Virus record (IMG/VR): IMGVR_UViG_3300045988_165705
DNA: 64,000 bases
Source of the DNA: a virus
Direction: 5' to 3' (one strand)
Part shown: piece by piece, positions 18,827-27,608 of the stretch
Layout of the letters: each line of letters starts with the position of its first letter
Numbering within the stretch: the first letter of the stretch is position 1
The notes under the pieces: model-generated
What the model saw: the letters and a program-made list of their open reading frames with translations, nothing else
The model's database searches: none
Told to the model about the DNA's origin: nothing
Position numbers and translations under genes: made by a program

Positions 18827-19000
18827 TTACTCATAATCTTCGGCTGTGTATTGGAACCACTCTCGGTAAAAGCGCATCCTCTCACGCTCTATGTGTCGTT
18901 CCAGTTCCGCATCGTTTTCAAGCGGATTTTCAAAAATCTCCTCACACTTGAGCCGCAGCTCATCGGAGTCTTCATATGTATAGGGGTAATTATTCTGCAA
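18827..19000 (-). CDS. small acidic hypothetical protein (57 aa, TTG start)
   Basis: Not in the ORF track. GGAGG lies 8 nt before TTG 19000. Translated by hand: LQNNYPYTYEDSDELRLKCEEIFENPLENDAELERHIERERMRFYREWFQYTAEDYE. Confidence 0.4.
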   Translation of the reverse strand: MQNNYPYTYEDSDELRLKCEEIFENPLENDAELERHIERERMRFYREWFQYTAEDYE

Positions 19001-20207
19001 TCGTCTTTCCTCCGTTCGTCGTGTCTATCCAATTCATGAGCAGCTCTCTCATGCGCTTGCTCGGTATGTATAGGTTGATAGGGCGGTCATCACGAATGGC
19101 ACTTCTCCATATCCACTGCAACATCTCGGATAGTGCGAATTCATCCGCATCGATAGTGATGTTCTGGGCATGGAAGAACTTCATGATGTTGGGGTCGGCA
19201 AACCGATTGACCATGTAGGCCACATCAGTGCGGTCTTTATACTCGTTGGTTGCTCTGGCGCTGGTCTGCAGAAAGTTCTTACGGAACCTTCCGGTCTTGC
19301 TGTCTACCAGCTTGTTCACATCGCTCTTGTAGCAAGTCCATAGCCGGGTCTCCTGCCCTCCGCCCGGAATGCTTTGAAAGAACTTCTTCATGCCGTTTCG
19401 CAGCGTGCGAATCTCAGCGTTGTTATACCCCCGTTTGTCGTACCATGACTTGGACAGGGTATAAGTCTTGTCCCCAACAGCATTGAGTTTCGGGCTGTCC
19501 ACAATATGTATCAGGTCGTGGTAATCCAGGGGCGGCGGTTCATCCGGCCTGTCAGAGAATCGATAGCCATTGGCGTCGCTCTCCACACCAACTACTCTGT
19601 AGTCAAACCCGAAATAATCCAGATAGGCTTTCTGGTACTGCCCATTGAAAAGGTAGGTCAGCATGAATACCTCGTCAAATGAGCGAAGTAGTTCTGGGTT
19701 GAGAATGTTCAGCAGCGCATTGTCCAGCCGGAATAGTGAGCGGGTGTTTGCCATCTCCTTGTAATCGCTGAACCGCCCGGTGTACTCCTCATCTTTCCAC
19801 TGGATGCATCCGTCTTCTAAAACTTCAGCGAGTTGGGTTACAATCAGGTCGAAGTCCTTATCGGTGATGTTCAGCCTCTCTATTACCTGAATGCTTTCAT
19901 CTACGATAAGAGAATAGTGCTTCTCTCGAATTAGCTTCAGCGCCTCGTCATCCATCAGATAAAACAGTGAATGCGTTGCGGAGACATTGTGCCCAAGACG
20001 AAGGTGGAGCTTCAACTCAGATGACTTGCTCATGTGGTCACTGTCCGGCTGGTCAAAGTCGCAGCGTTCGCAGATACGCCCGACCTCGTCCAGATATGGG
20101 GTGATGTACAAAAACCGCTTGTTGTCCTTGTGCCGGTTCATGTAACGAATAGCTGCCGACGATTTACCTCTGCCCATACGGGCGTCAACAATAGTTATCT
20201 GGTTCAT
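18990..20207 (-). CDS. SF2 helicase-like P-loop NTPase
   Basis: Walker A 'ARMGRGKSS', DExx 'LIVDES', 'TSARATN', 'QWIWRSAIRD'. Confidence 0.65.
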   Translation of the reverse strand: MNQITIVDARMGRGKSSAAIRYMNRHKDNKRFLYITPYLDEVGRICERCDFDQPDSDHMSKSSELKLHLRLGHNVSATHSLFYLMDDEALKLIREKHYSLIVDESIQVIERLNITDKDFDLIVTQLAEVLEDGCIQWKDEEYTGRFSDYKEMANTRSLFRLDNALLNILNPELLRSFDEVFMLTYLFNGQYQKAYLDYFGFDYRVVGVESDANGYRFSDRPDEPPPLDYHDLIHIVDSPKLNAVGDKTYTLSKSWYDKRGYNNAEIRTLRNGMKKFFQSIPGGGQETRLWTCYKSDVNKLVDSKTGRFRKNFLQTSARATNEYKDRTDVAYMVNRFADPNIMKFFHAQNITIDADEFALSEMLQWIWRSAIRDDRPINLYIPSKRMRELLMNWIDTTNGGKTIAE

Positions 20208-20429
20208 TTGGTGGTGTCATCACATCCTTTCTGCGTATTTTTGATTAACCAAACCATCCAAAAAATTTTAGGACACAAAAAAGCCGCTCGACTGGTTATA
20301 CTGTCGCTATCAACGCAGCTCCTGTAACCTGCTTTGAGTAGCTTTTTTTATGCTCTTTTTTCAAACTCCTCCTTCTTTATAACCTTTGAATCGAAAAGCC
20401 CTGTGTCACAAGGACTTTCCAAAACGGCC

Positions 20430-20448
20430 AGGACACTCGGTGTGTCCT
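20430..20448 (-). terminator. hairpin downstream of the recombinase gene
   Basis: aggacac-tcggt-gtgtcct. On the minus strand it is followed by ggccgTTTTgg. Weak U-tract. Confidence 0.35.
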
Positions 20449-20494
20449 AACTTGTTTATCCGATATGCGATTATCAAGGTGCAGCAGATGGTCA

Positions 20495-21322
20495 TCAGGC
20501 CATCAAAATCTCAGTCTCTCCAATGTCACTATCGACCAGATAGTTGTGATTGACGCTGCCGAGGTTGAGGTTCCGATAGGCTTCATCAATCTCTTCGCTG
20601 GTGATGCCGATGTAGTCCAGAGTCTGAGCAGCGGTGGAGTGACCAAATATCTTCTGGAGAAGCAGCAGCTTGCGGGGGTCGTTGCCGCTCATCACCATCT
20701 GATGATAGGCGAAGGTTTTACGCAGTGTATGGGTCGCCATACGATTACCAAGGCCAAGGTCTTTAGCGATACCCTTAAGCATAAGGTCAACGGCCTGCTT
20801 GCTGATAGGCTTGTTTTCGTTCACTCCATTATTGGACTGGCTGCGGAACATATAGTCGCTGAGGTGAACGCCGGGCGTGTTCTCAAGGTACAGGGTCACA
20901 GCTTCTACAACTGCTGTATTGATGGTGATATAGCGGTTGCGCTGACGCTTGCGAGTGTTTCGTGTCTTCTTCTCCAGAACCGGAAAGCGGTCACGGAAGG
21001 TGCAATCGTCATTGATAATGTGGGTGAAGCGCAGAGAGCGAAGGTCACTGATACGAAGTCCAAAGTTGATACCAACAATGAACAGCATATTATCTCTGAA
21101 TCGCTTCTGTCCAATCAGGAACTGAGAGATGCGGATGATGTCGTCCATGCTCTTGATTGGCTCGGCGGAGTGCTCGACAGCAAGGTCGGTATGTACCTCT
21201 TCAGCAGCGGGGGCGATGAGGCCAGCCTTGAGCTTACGGCAGCTCTGCTGGACGGTGGCAATGTCGATGACGGTTGAGGGCTTGGCCTCCTGTGTGAAGT
21301 CGATGTGGATTATCTTAGCCAT
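20495..21322 (-). CDS. tyrosine site-specific recombinase (small XerC/D- or integrase-like)
   Basis: 'GLRISD' (Arg), 'ATHTLRKTFA' (HxxR), 'FGHSTAAQTLDYIG' (His, Tyr). Confidence 0.8.
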   Translation of the reverse strand: MAKIIHIDFTQEAKPSTVIDIATVQQSCRKLKAGLIAPAAEEVHTDLAVEHSAEPIKSMDDIIRISQFLIGQKRFRDNMLFIVGINFGLRISDLRSLRFTHIINDDCTFRDRFPVLEKKTRNTRKRQRNRYITINTAVVEAVTLYLENTPGVHLSDYMFRSQSNNGVNENKPISKQAVDLMLKGIAKDLGLGNRMATHTLRKTFAYHQMVMSGNDPRKLLLLQKIFGHSTAAQTLDYIGITSEEIDEAYRNLNLGSVNHNYLVDSDIGETEILMA

Positions 21323-21777
21323 CGTAGCTCTCCTTTCTCAATCAAAATGTAGTCTATTTAATTATCTTGATTATACCGATATTATACCACATTTCTTTAT
21401 GGAATGTAAGTATAATTAGTAGACAACATAGGGAAAACAGTGAAAAACAAAAGCATAAATAACAGGCGGCGTAGTTAAGCCCTTTTCTCTTTTGGACAAG
21501 TTGAATCCTCCTCACAAGCATCCACGCAAAGGGCTTAACCAACAATGTTCCTCTGGACATTCTTTGCCGAGAAAGCAAGTAAAATCAAGGCGTGTGGGGA
21601 TTGCAGTAAAAAGTGATGGTTTGGGTCAGATGAACCGACTACATCTGTTTGCGCTGTCGGCGGGGGCTGAAAAGACCATAACCACCCCCCTACTTGCCAT
21701 AGCACCGAAAAGGCAAGTAGACACCACGGCGGCAACGGCGGCACGACAGGCGGCAGGCAGGGCGGGGACGGTTGCGG

Positions 21778-21805
21778 CAGGGTACACCCCTTGCGGCTAT
21801 GGGTG
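21778..21805 (+). repeat. solitary partial copy of the 58-bp repeat core
   Basis: cagggtacaccccttgcggCTATgggtg versus cagggtacaccccttgcggTTAAgggtg in the tandem array. It ends 17 nt before the -35 box. Confidence 0.7.
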
Positions 21806-21822
21806 TATGTCAAAAAATTGTG

Positions 21823-21851
21823 TTGACATTGTATGCAAGTGGTGCTATACT
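21823..21851 (+). promoter_or_regulatory. sigma-70-type promoter
   Basis: TTGACA, a 17-nt spacer containing a TG, then TATACT. About 80 nt upstream of the ATG at 21932, at the switch from minus- to plus-strand genes. Confidence 0.7.
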
Positions 21852-21931
21852 TGTTCATGCCGAACAAGGCAAGCGGGACACCACAACACCACCGCAAGCC
21901 AAAAACACCAACGGCAGAAAGGAAACACAAG

Positions 21932-22921
21932 ATGAACACGAACACGAAAGCAACCGCACAGGCGAAAGCCAACACCACCACCGCAAGCGCATTTGAAACC
22001 GTCAAACGCAACTATGAAACCGCCCTTGCACAAGGCAAGGACACCGCACAGGAATTGACCGCCCTTGCAACCGCCGTTGCATACTCTGTCATCAATAAGT
22101 GCATTGACCCACGGCGCAAGACCGCCGCACAGCGGGACACCGCAAGCAACACCGGATTTAATCCCGCTATGGTAACACTGAAAAGAGGGATTGCCGCTGA
22201 CCTTGCCACGCTGGACAACACCCGCCGCAACGCCAACGCCGCAACCGCCACAACCTACAACGCCGACGGCGATTTAGTGACCGTCACGGCGGACAAGGAC
22301 GCCGCCGCCGCCCTTGTTGACCTTATGGCAACCACCCTTTCGGACGGAATAGACCTTGTTCAAACCGCCGCCCTTGCCATTTTGGAACAAGCCGCCGAAC
22401 ACGCCAACGGCGAAAGTTGGCTTGACAGCAAGTACACCGTTCGCCGCCTGTCCCGCCGTGTCTATATCCGTTCGGATGAAAGTGCCGCATATAGGGACGA
22501 TGAAACAACCCCCATTCAAGAGGTTTATAGAGCCGTTCGGCAAGCCGTCCAAAATTCCCGCGCCGTCCAGACTGACCCCCGCAACGGGTACAGCTACATA
22601 GAGGACATGACAGCGGACGGACTGGACACTATCTATTATCGCATGGGCAAGTACACCGATTTAGGCGGGTACGATTGCAACGGCAACTATACCACCGACA
22701 GACAAGCCGCCGCCGACTATGAAACGCTTGTTGCAAGTCTGAACTTGACCGACAGACAAGCGCAGATACTCCGCTTGCGTATGCAAGGCAAGGGGTACAA
22801 GGCAATAGCAACCTATTTAGGCGTAACGCAAAGGGCGATTGCAAAGACCGTGGGACAGATACAGACGAAAGCCACGGCGGCGGGACTGACCCCGCACGGA
22901 CTGACCACCGCACAGGACTAA
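21932..22921 (+). CDS. sigma-70-family (ECF-like) sigma factor / HTH regulator candidate
   Basis: The C-terminal 'LTDRQAQILRLRMQGKGYKAIATYLGVTQRAIAKTVGQIQ' is a region-4/LuxR-type HTH. 'DGIDLVQTAALAILEQA' resembles region 2. Start set at MNTNTK. Visibly GC-richer codons (GCC/ACC/CGC). Confidence 0.5.
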   Translation: MNTNTKATAQAKANTTTASAFETVKRNYETALAQGKDTAQELTALATAVAYSVINKCIDPRRKTAAQRDTASNTGFNPAMVTLKRGIAADLATLDNTRRNANAATATTYNADGDLVTVTADKDAAAALVDLMATTLSDGIDLVQTAALAILEQAAEHANGESWLDSKYTVRRLSRRVYIRSDESAAYRDDETTPIQEVYRAVRQAVQNSRAVQTDPRNGYSYIEDMTADGLDTIYYRMGKYTDLGGYDCNGNYTTDRQAAADYETLVASLNLTDRQAQILRLRMQGKGYKAIATYLGVTQRAIAKTVGQIQTKATAAGLTPHGLTTAQD

Positions 22922-22944
22922 ACCGAACACTACACCGCACGCAA

Positions 22945-22977
22945 GGCGGGGGCACAACGCCCCCGCCCTTTTCTTTT
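22945..22977 (+). terminator. rho-independent terminator
   Basis: ggcgggggc-acaac-gcccccgcc followed by cttttctttt. Confidence 0.8.
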
Positions 22978-23006
22978 GGACAGACCACCCGCAACCGCAA
23001 GGAACA

Positions 23007-23189
23007 CCCGCCGCCCCGCCGCACACAGGGTACACCCCTTGCGGTTAAGGGTGCAGGGCAAGACCCCGCCGCCCCGCCGCACACAGGGTACACCCCTTGC
23101 GGTTAAGGGTGCAGGGCAAGACCCCGCCGCCCCGCCGCACACAGGGTACACCCCTTGCGGTTAAGGGTGCAGGGCAAGACCCCGCCGCC
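23007..23189 (+). repeat. tandem direct repeat, 58-bp unit, 3 full copies plus 9 nt
   Basis: Period 58 (cacacaggg at 23022, 23080 and 23138). The copies are identical by eye. Each unit contains the hairpin CACCCCTT-gcggt-TAAGGGTG. Confidence 0.9.
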
Positions 23190-23199
23190 GAAAGGCGGT

Positions 23200-23996
23200 C
23201 ACGCTAAGACAGCCCTATGGCTAATCCTGAGTATTCAGGCAACCTTGCCACTGTCCGAGTGGGTGGAAACCCACTAAAACCTCTAATCGGTTTAGCACCG
23301 GTTTTGAGGGGAACACCGGTGCAATCTGAGTTTGAGGCGGATTGCGATATTGATTATACAAGTTCCCCTGCCTAATGCAGCCTTTGGCGGTCACAAGCCC
23401 GCATGAGAAATGCAGAGTGGGTATTGTCAGAGGAATATAAGCGGAGATGTCCGCCACTTCCATGACAGGCAATACAAGTTGCGGTACTGTTCCCAGACAA
23501 CTATAAAAATCAGGGCACTTGTAATCCGCAAGGATAAATAATGGATGGTAGTCCGACTGAGGGACTATAAAGCGCAGTTTACCCGATAAATTCGGGCGTC
23601 GCCGGTGCATGAGAGTTAGGCTCATGGTACGAGATAGTGAAAATCCCCGGAGGTTTGCGCCTATGAACCTAAGTGCGGCTTGCATAACTGATGGCTATAC
23701 AAGAACGACTTTTGAAAGTAAGTAGTATCGTCCGAGTTTTCTACCCAAGGGTATTGTGCTCCGAGGAGCCGAAAGCAAGGGCATATAGATATGAAAGCCG
23801 AATTTGGTCAAGTATTGCGAATTGAACAGAACAGTCCCCGATAGAAATGAGTATCGGAAATGGTGCGTGTTCCGTTCGATACTGCAACGGCTGTGGGGCA
23901 AAATATACCCCATGCGCCGAAATGCAGAGCCGGAACCATTTCAAATATCGGGTTTATCATTGATAGAGCCGCCGAGGGTTTTTCTTCGGCGGTTTC
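23200..23996 (+). ncRNA. large ORF-free, hairpin-dense RNA candidate (GOLLD/ROOL-class?)
   Basis: About 0.8 kb with no credible ORF on either strand. At least 10 local hairpins, e.g. gtgggt/acccac, gcaccggt/accggtgc, gcgga/tccgc, tagtcc/ggacta, cccga/tcggg, catgag/ctcatg, ccgata/tatcgg. Ends in a terminator-like hairpin at 23969-23996. Phage context with tRNA islands. Confidence 0.35.
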
Positions 23997-24051
23997 ATTG
24001 AGTGATAAGCCTGTTATCACCCAAGAAAAACTGTGAAAGGGGCATTTCAAA

Positions 24052-24801
24052 ATGACCAGAGAAGAAAACATCGCCAAATTGGCACAGTTGCGCTCTGACG
24101 CCGAAGCCCTTGTCAAGGATTACAATGATGCAATCCAGAACGGCAAGTATGAGGACGCAACCAAAGCGGAAAAGGCTATGACCGAAAAGGTCAATGAGTA
24201 CACCGCTACTGTCCGGGATATGTGCTTTGAGGACTGCAAAAACACTGATAATCCCATGCTCACCGCAGTCACGACCTTGTCCTATGTTACCATCGGGGTC
24301 AAGGACGAGCAGAAGGGCGATGACAAGGTTCCTGTCCGCACTATCGTGGATAAAGAGCGTCAGATTGACCTGCTCAAGCTCCACAAGTATTGCGGCAAAA
24401 TCGGTGCCAACGAGAATTGGGCGCATATCGCCCAGAAGATGAACTTTCTGCTGACCGCACAGAAAGCCGTGGATTTGGGTATCGACCCCAAAGCGGTCAA
24501 CGACAGTTACGCTATGAGCGAGATTGCCCGCGAGTTTGACATGGGCAAGAACCCCGTGAGCAAGACCAATCTGCTCAAGACTTTGCAGACGGTTATCACC
24601 GCCATGCTGGGCGAACAGTATAAGGCGACATCTCACGATGTCAACTTCCTTATGTCCGTGTATTCCAAGAAGAACCGCAAGGCTCTGACCGTCACCTGTT
24701 CCAATCACCGGTATTTCCGCAATTATCTGGCTGAGGTTTGCCATCGCATCGTCACCGGCAAGTCCTACGAGTTGGACTATCGTACCAAGAAAGACAACTA
24801 A
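24052..24801 (+). CDS. hypothetical protein
   Basis: 249-aa ORF, the first gene after the ncRNA candidate. No motif recognised. Confidence 0.7.
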   Translation: MTREENIAKLAQLRSDAEALVKDYNDAIQNGKYEDATKAEKAMTEKVNEYTATVRDMCFEDCKNTDNPMLTAVTTLSYVTIGVKDEQKGDDKVPVRTIVDKERQIDLLKLHKYCGKIGANENWAHIAQKMNFLLTAQKAVDLGIDPKAVNDSYAMSEIAREFDMGKNPVSKTNLLKTLQTVITAMLGEQYKATSHDVNFLMSVYSKKNRKALTVTCSNHRYFRNYLAEVCHRIVTGKSYELDYRTKKDN

Positions 24802-24921
24802 CTGCGGGTTTTGAAGAACCGCCGCCGAACCCATGCCAATGCTGGCAGTTTTGTAGAATGGGTAATCGTCCGGCGGTTTTTCTTATGCCTAAAGCCGCCA
24901 ATCCACAAAAGGAGTTTTCAT

Positions 24922-25113
24922 ATGTCCTATGATGTTTTCAAAGAACGGGTAAAAGGGCTTGTGAACCGTTCCGGTTCTGCGGTGAGGTTTTCTCACGAGG
25001 ATGGGCGGCATATCGCCCGCTGTTCCGATGGCGTGACCATCATCGGAAATGTAGCTTGCCCGCGAGTTTTGGTCAAATGGGGAAGCGGTCATTCCGCTTA
25101 CGCTGATATATAA
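24922..25113 (+). CDS. small hypothetical protein
   Basis: Start set at MSYDVF with AAAGGAG 7 nt upstream. The upstream part of ORF 24811 crosses a hairpin. Confidence 0.55.
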   Translation: MSYDVFKERVKGLVNRSGSAVRFSHEDGRHIARCSDGVTIIGNVACPRVLVKWGSGHSAYADI

Positions 25114-25277
25114 GTTTTTTCGCATTGGTACGCCGTAGGCAAAAGGGAAATTGGCGGCGTTAAATGAGGTGGGGAGCCAGTGCGGTTGCCGTAATGCGGC
25201 TTATCGAGTTTTCGATAAACGGTCACAAGCCCGTGTAAACGCAGAGTGTGGTAATTACATAGTGGGAGGGTTCCGAT

Positions 25278-25496
25278 ATGGCAGGTTATGCAAGAAAATC
25301 GCTCACAAGAAACCAACGCCGCCGGAAAGTCGTCGAGCAGAAGCTGATGGGTATTGCACTCATCGCAATTTGCGCCCTGATGTTCTGGCTTGCGTCCACC
25401 GGAGTTACACCGGAGGAAAAAGACTGCACGGCGGTTCTTCTCATCGCCCCTATCGGGTTCTATATGCTTTTCTCAAAGCAAATTGTAATCCTCTGA
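25278..25496 (+). CDS. small membrane protein (2 predicted TM segments)
   Basis: 72 aa. GGGAGGG RBS. Hydrophobic stretches 'GIALIAICALMFWLA' and 'AVLLIAPIGFYMLF'. Confidence 0.65.
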   Translation: MAGYARKSLTRNQRRRKVVEQKLMGIALIAICALMFWLASTGVTPEEKDCTAVLLIAPIGFYMLFSKQIVIL

Positions 25497-25626
25497 TTTC
25501 CCAGTTTGCTGCCTTTCACCGTAACACCGTCGAACTCAGCGCAATAATTGCAGGGTTTCCAAATTGAAAACGACAGGGGTTTCAGAACGGTAATGGTGAA
25601 AGGTTTGCAGGCGCATAGGAGGCGAC

Positions 25627-25743
25627 ATGGTCTGGCGATTCGGCATTCCCGGAGTCTTTGAAATCCGCCGGTATGGCTTTGGCGGAATGTATCTGATTAT
25701 CTGGGAAACATGGTTCACCTTAAAGCGAGGTTCGATGCCGTAA
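25627..25743 (+). CDS. possible 38-aa micro-protein
   Basis: AGGAGG 5 nt before the ATG. MVWRFGIPGVFEIRRYGFGGMYLIIWETWFTLKRGSMP. Too short for the ORF track. Confidence 0.3.
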   Translation: MVWRFGIPGVFEIRRYGFGGMYLIIWETWFTLKRGSMP

Positions 25744-26002
25744 GGCTGGCACGGTACGATTCCGTGGAGTGGTTTCCCACTTAACGCTTAGTCCTTGTAT
25801 TAGTGAAGGTAAGTGAGGGGGCACCCAAAATTCTGAAAGCTTTACAAGGCGTTGGGGACTACGAAAGTGTCCAAGTGTTATGGAAATGCTGCCATGACCA
25901 CGGGATATGATTAAGAAAGTGCATCCTTGGAAGTTGGAGTATTACGGCTATAGCCGTCGGGTGAAACTTCCTCCCGTTATCAACAATGGAAGGGAGCTTA
26001 TC

Positions 26003-26608
26003 ATGAAAAAGTTCTTGTCTTTCCTTTTGATTTTGCTCATGGTTTCCTGCTGTGGTTGCTCCGAATCTCCGCAAACACTGACGGTAAGCGTCTACGGCGG
26101 CGAAACGGAAATCAACCATTACGAGGAAATCGAGAAGGGTTTTCTGTCTGCGCTGGAAGCAAATGGTCTGCGCGACTATCAGCTTGTCGATTCCTCTGAG
26201 TTGACCACAGAATTGCTGGAAAACCGCGAGGGTATCACAATCATTGAACGCTGCATCGGTATGGCAATAAACGCCGAAACTGGTGATGGTGTGATTTTGA
26301 ACTCCTCGGCAAATAGCGGATGGTATATTGCCTGCCCGACAGATGGCTGCTATATCCCGTACAAGATTGGGGATTACCAGATGCGGGATGGAACAGTTTT
26401 TCTGTCCTATATGGTATATAACCCTGACAACAATTACATAGACGACATTATGGAACGATATGATTTCATTCTTGATAGAGGATTGGAGGTCGGCGGTATG
26501 TATGAGTTCCGTCATATCAATGGGCATATCGAGGTTTTTCTCGATGGCGAGTTTCAGTTTTCTGCCGATACCATGCAGGAAGCATATAGCGAACTGAAAG
26601 CGGGTTGA
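26003..26608 (+). CDS. lipoprotein
   Basis: Start set at MKKFLSFLLILLMVSCCGC (signal peptide plus lipobox-like Cys). RBS GGAAGGGAG. Confidence 0.7.
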   Translation: MKKFLSFLLILLMVSCCGCSESPQTLTVSVYGGETEINHYEEIEKGFLSALEANGLRDYQLVDSSELTTELLENREGITIIERCIGMAINAETGDGVILNSSANSGWYIACPTDGCYIPYKIGDYQMRDGTVFLSYMVYNPDNNYIDDIMERYDFILDRGLEVGGMYEFRHINGHIEVFLDGEFQFSADTMQEAYSELKAG

Positions 26609-26649
26609 CTGGCTTACGGTTCATCCAATAAAGGAAAGGGGCTGATTTA

Positions 26650-26931
26650 TTGAACAAGGAAGAGATGATTTCTGCTCTCGCACAGCGCACAGGGATGACA
26701 AAGGTAAACGCCCGTGTCGCTTTGGATGCTGTTTTTCAAATCATCACAGATACTTTGTCTGCCGGTGAGAAAATCAAGCTGACGGAGCTGGGCGTTTTTG
26801 AGGCAAGAGAACGAGCGCCGAGGGTCGGAAGAAATCCCAAAGCCAATGTGCCTGTCCCGATTCCTGCCAAACGGGTTCCATTCTTCAAACCCAGTGAGGG
26901 TTTGAAAGTAGCCGTTGAACGCGGCAAGTAA
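26650..26931 (+). CDS. HU/IHF-family DNA-binding protein (second copy)
   Basis: 'MISALAQRTGMTKVNARVALDAV...GVFEARERAPRVGRNPKANVPVPIPAKRVPFFKPS'. TTG start. Confidence 0.85.
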   Translation: MNKEEMISALAQRTGMTKVNARVALDAVFQIITDTLSAGEKIKLTELGVFEARERAPRVGRNPKANVPVPIPAKRVPFFKPSEGLKVAVERGK

Positions 26932-26965
26932 TTCATCAAAAATCAAAGATTAGGAGAACAAGTTT

Positions 26966-27607
26966 ATGACTACTGAAAAGATGACTGTCCATAAGGCGCT
27001 GTGTGAACTCAAGACGCTGGATTCCCGTATCCAGAAGTGTATGCAGCAGAACCCCTTTGTTTTCGCCAACAAGCACGCCAACAGCAAGGTTGCCGGTGTG
27101 AGTGTCGGCGATTACTGCAAGGAGATTCAGGCCGCTTACCAGTCCGCAAACGACCTCATCGCCCGCCGTGATGCTATCAAGCGTGCGGTCACACTGTCCA
27201 ACGCCATTGTCAAGGTGACTATCGGCGGCAAAGAGTACACGGTTGCTGAGGCAATCGAACTGAAGAACCACGGCGTTCCTCTGAAGCAGATGCTGCTCAA
27301 GAAGCTGGATAACGACAATCGCCGCGCCCGCATGGAGGCTGACAAGAACAACGGCGATGTTCTGGAGCTGCGTGCCGATGAGTATGTCAAGTCCCTTTAT
27401 GGCAATGTCGATATGAAGGGCGCCAGTGACGAAATCAAGAAAGTCCGTGCCGACTTCATCGCCGCACAGACGATGGAAATCGTTGACCCCATTCACATCG
27501 CCGATGAGATGGGTCGTCTGGAGAAAGAAATCAACGACTTCATGGTCGAGATTGACTCCGCCCTGTCGGTTTCCAATGCGCTGACCGAGCTGGAAATCTC
27601 CTACTGA
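26966..27607 (+). CDS. hypothetical coiled-coil protein (pattern reminiscent of the DIP1984/septicolysin-like family)
   Basis: 213-aa ORF. The family resemblance comes from recalled sequence pattern only. Confidence 0.6.
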   Translation: MTTEKMTVHKALCELKTLDSRIQKCMQQNPFVFANKHANSKVAGVSVGDYCKEIQAAYQSANDLIARRDAIKRAVTLSNAIVKVTIGGKEYTVAEAIELKNHGVPLKQMLLKKLDNDNRRARMEADKNNGDVLELRADEYVKSLYGNVDMKGASDEIKKVRADFIAAQTMEIVDPIHIADEMGRLEKEINDFMVEIDSALSVSNALTELEISY

Positions 27608-27608
27608 T

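Noticed and set aside
21323-21600. attP or replication origin in the AT-rich divergent region next to the second recombinase.
   Set aside because: The region is AT-rich and promoter-like, but I could not identify convincing iterons, DnaA boxes or a core-type inverted repeat by eye. Left unannotated.
22629-23164. Repeated ORFs beginning MYPVCGGAAG... (22629..23093 -, 22817..23035 -, 22930..23151 -) and 22976..23164 +.
   Set aside because: They are created by reading through the 58-bp tandem repeats and the GC-rich terminator. They have no RBS and the peptide is identical because of the repeat.
23007-23189. CRISPR array hypothesis for the 58-bp repeats.
   Set aside because: The units are directly contiguous with no spacers, the period equals the unit length, and no cas genes are present. 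This is a plain tandem repeat.
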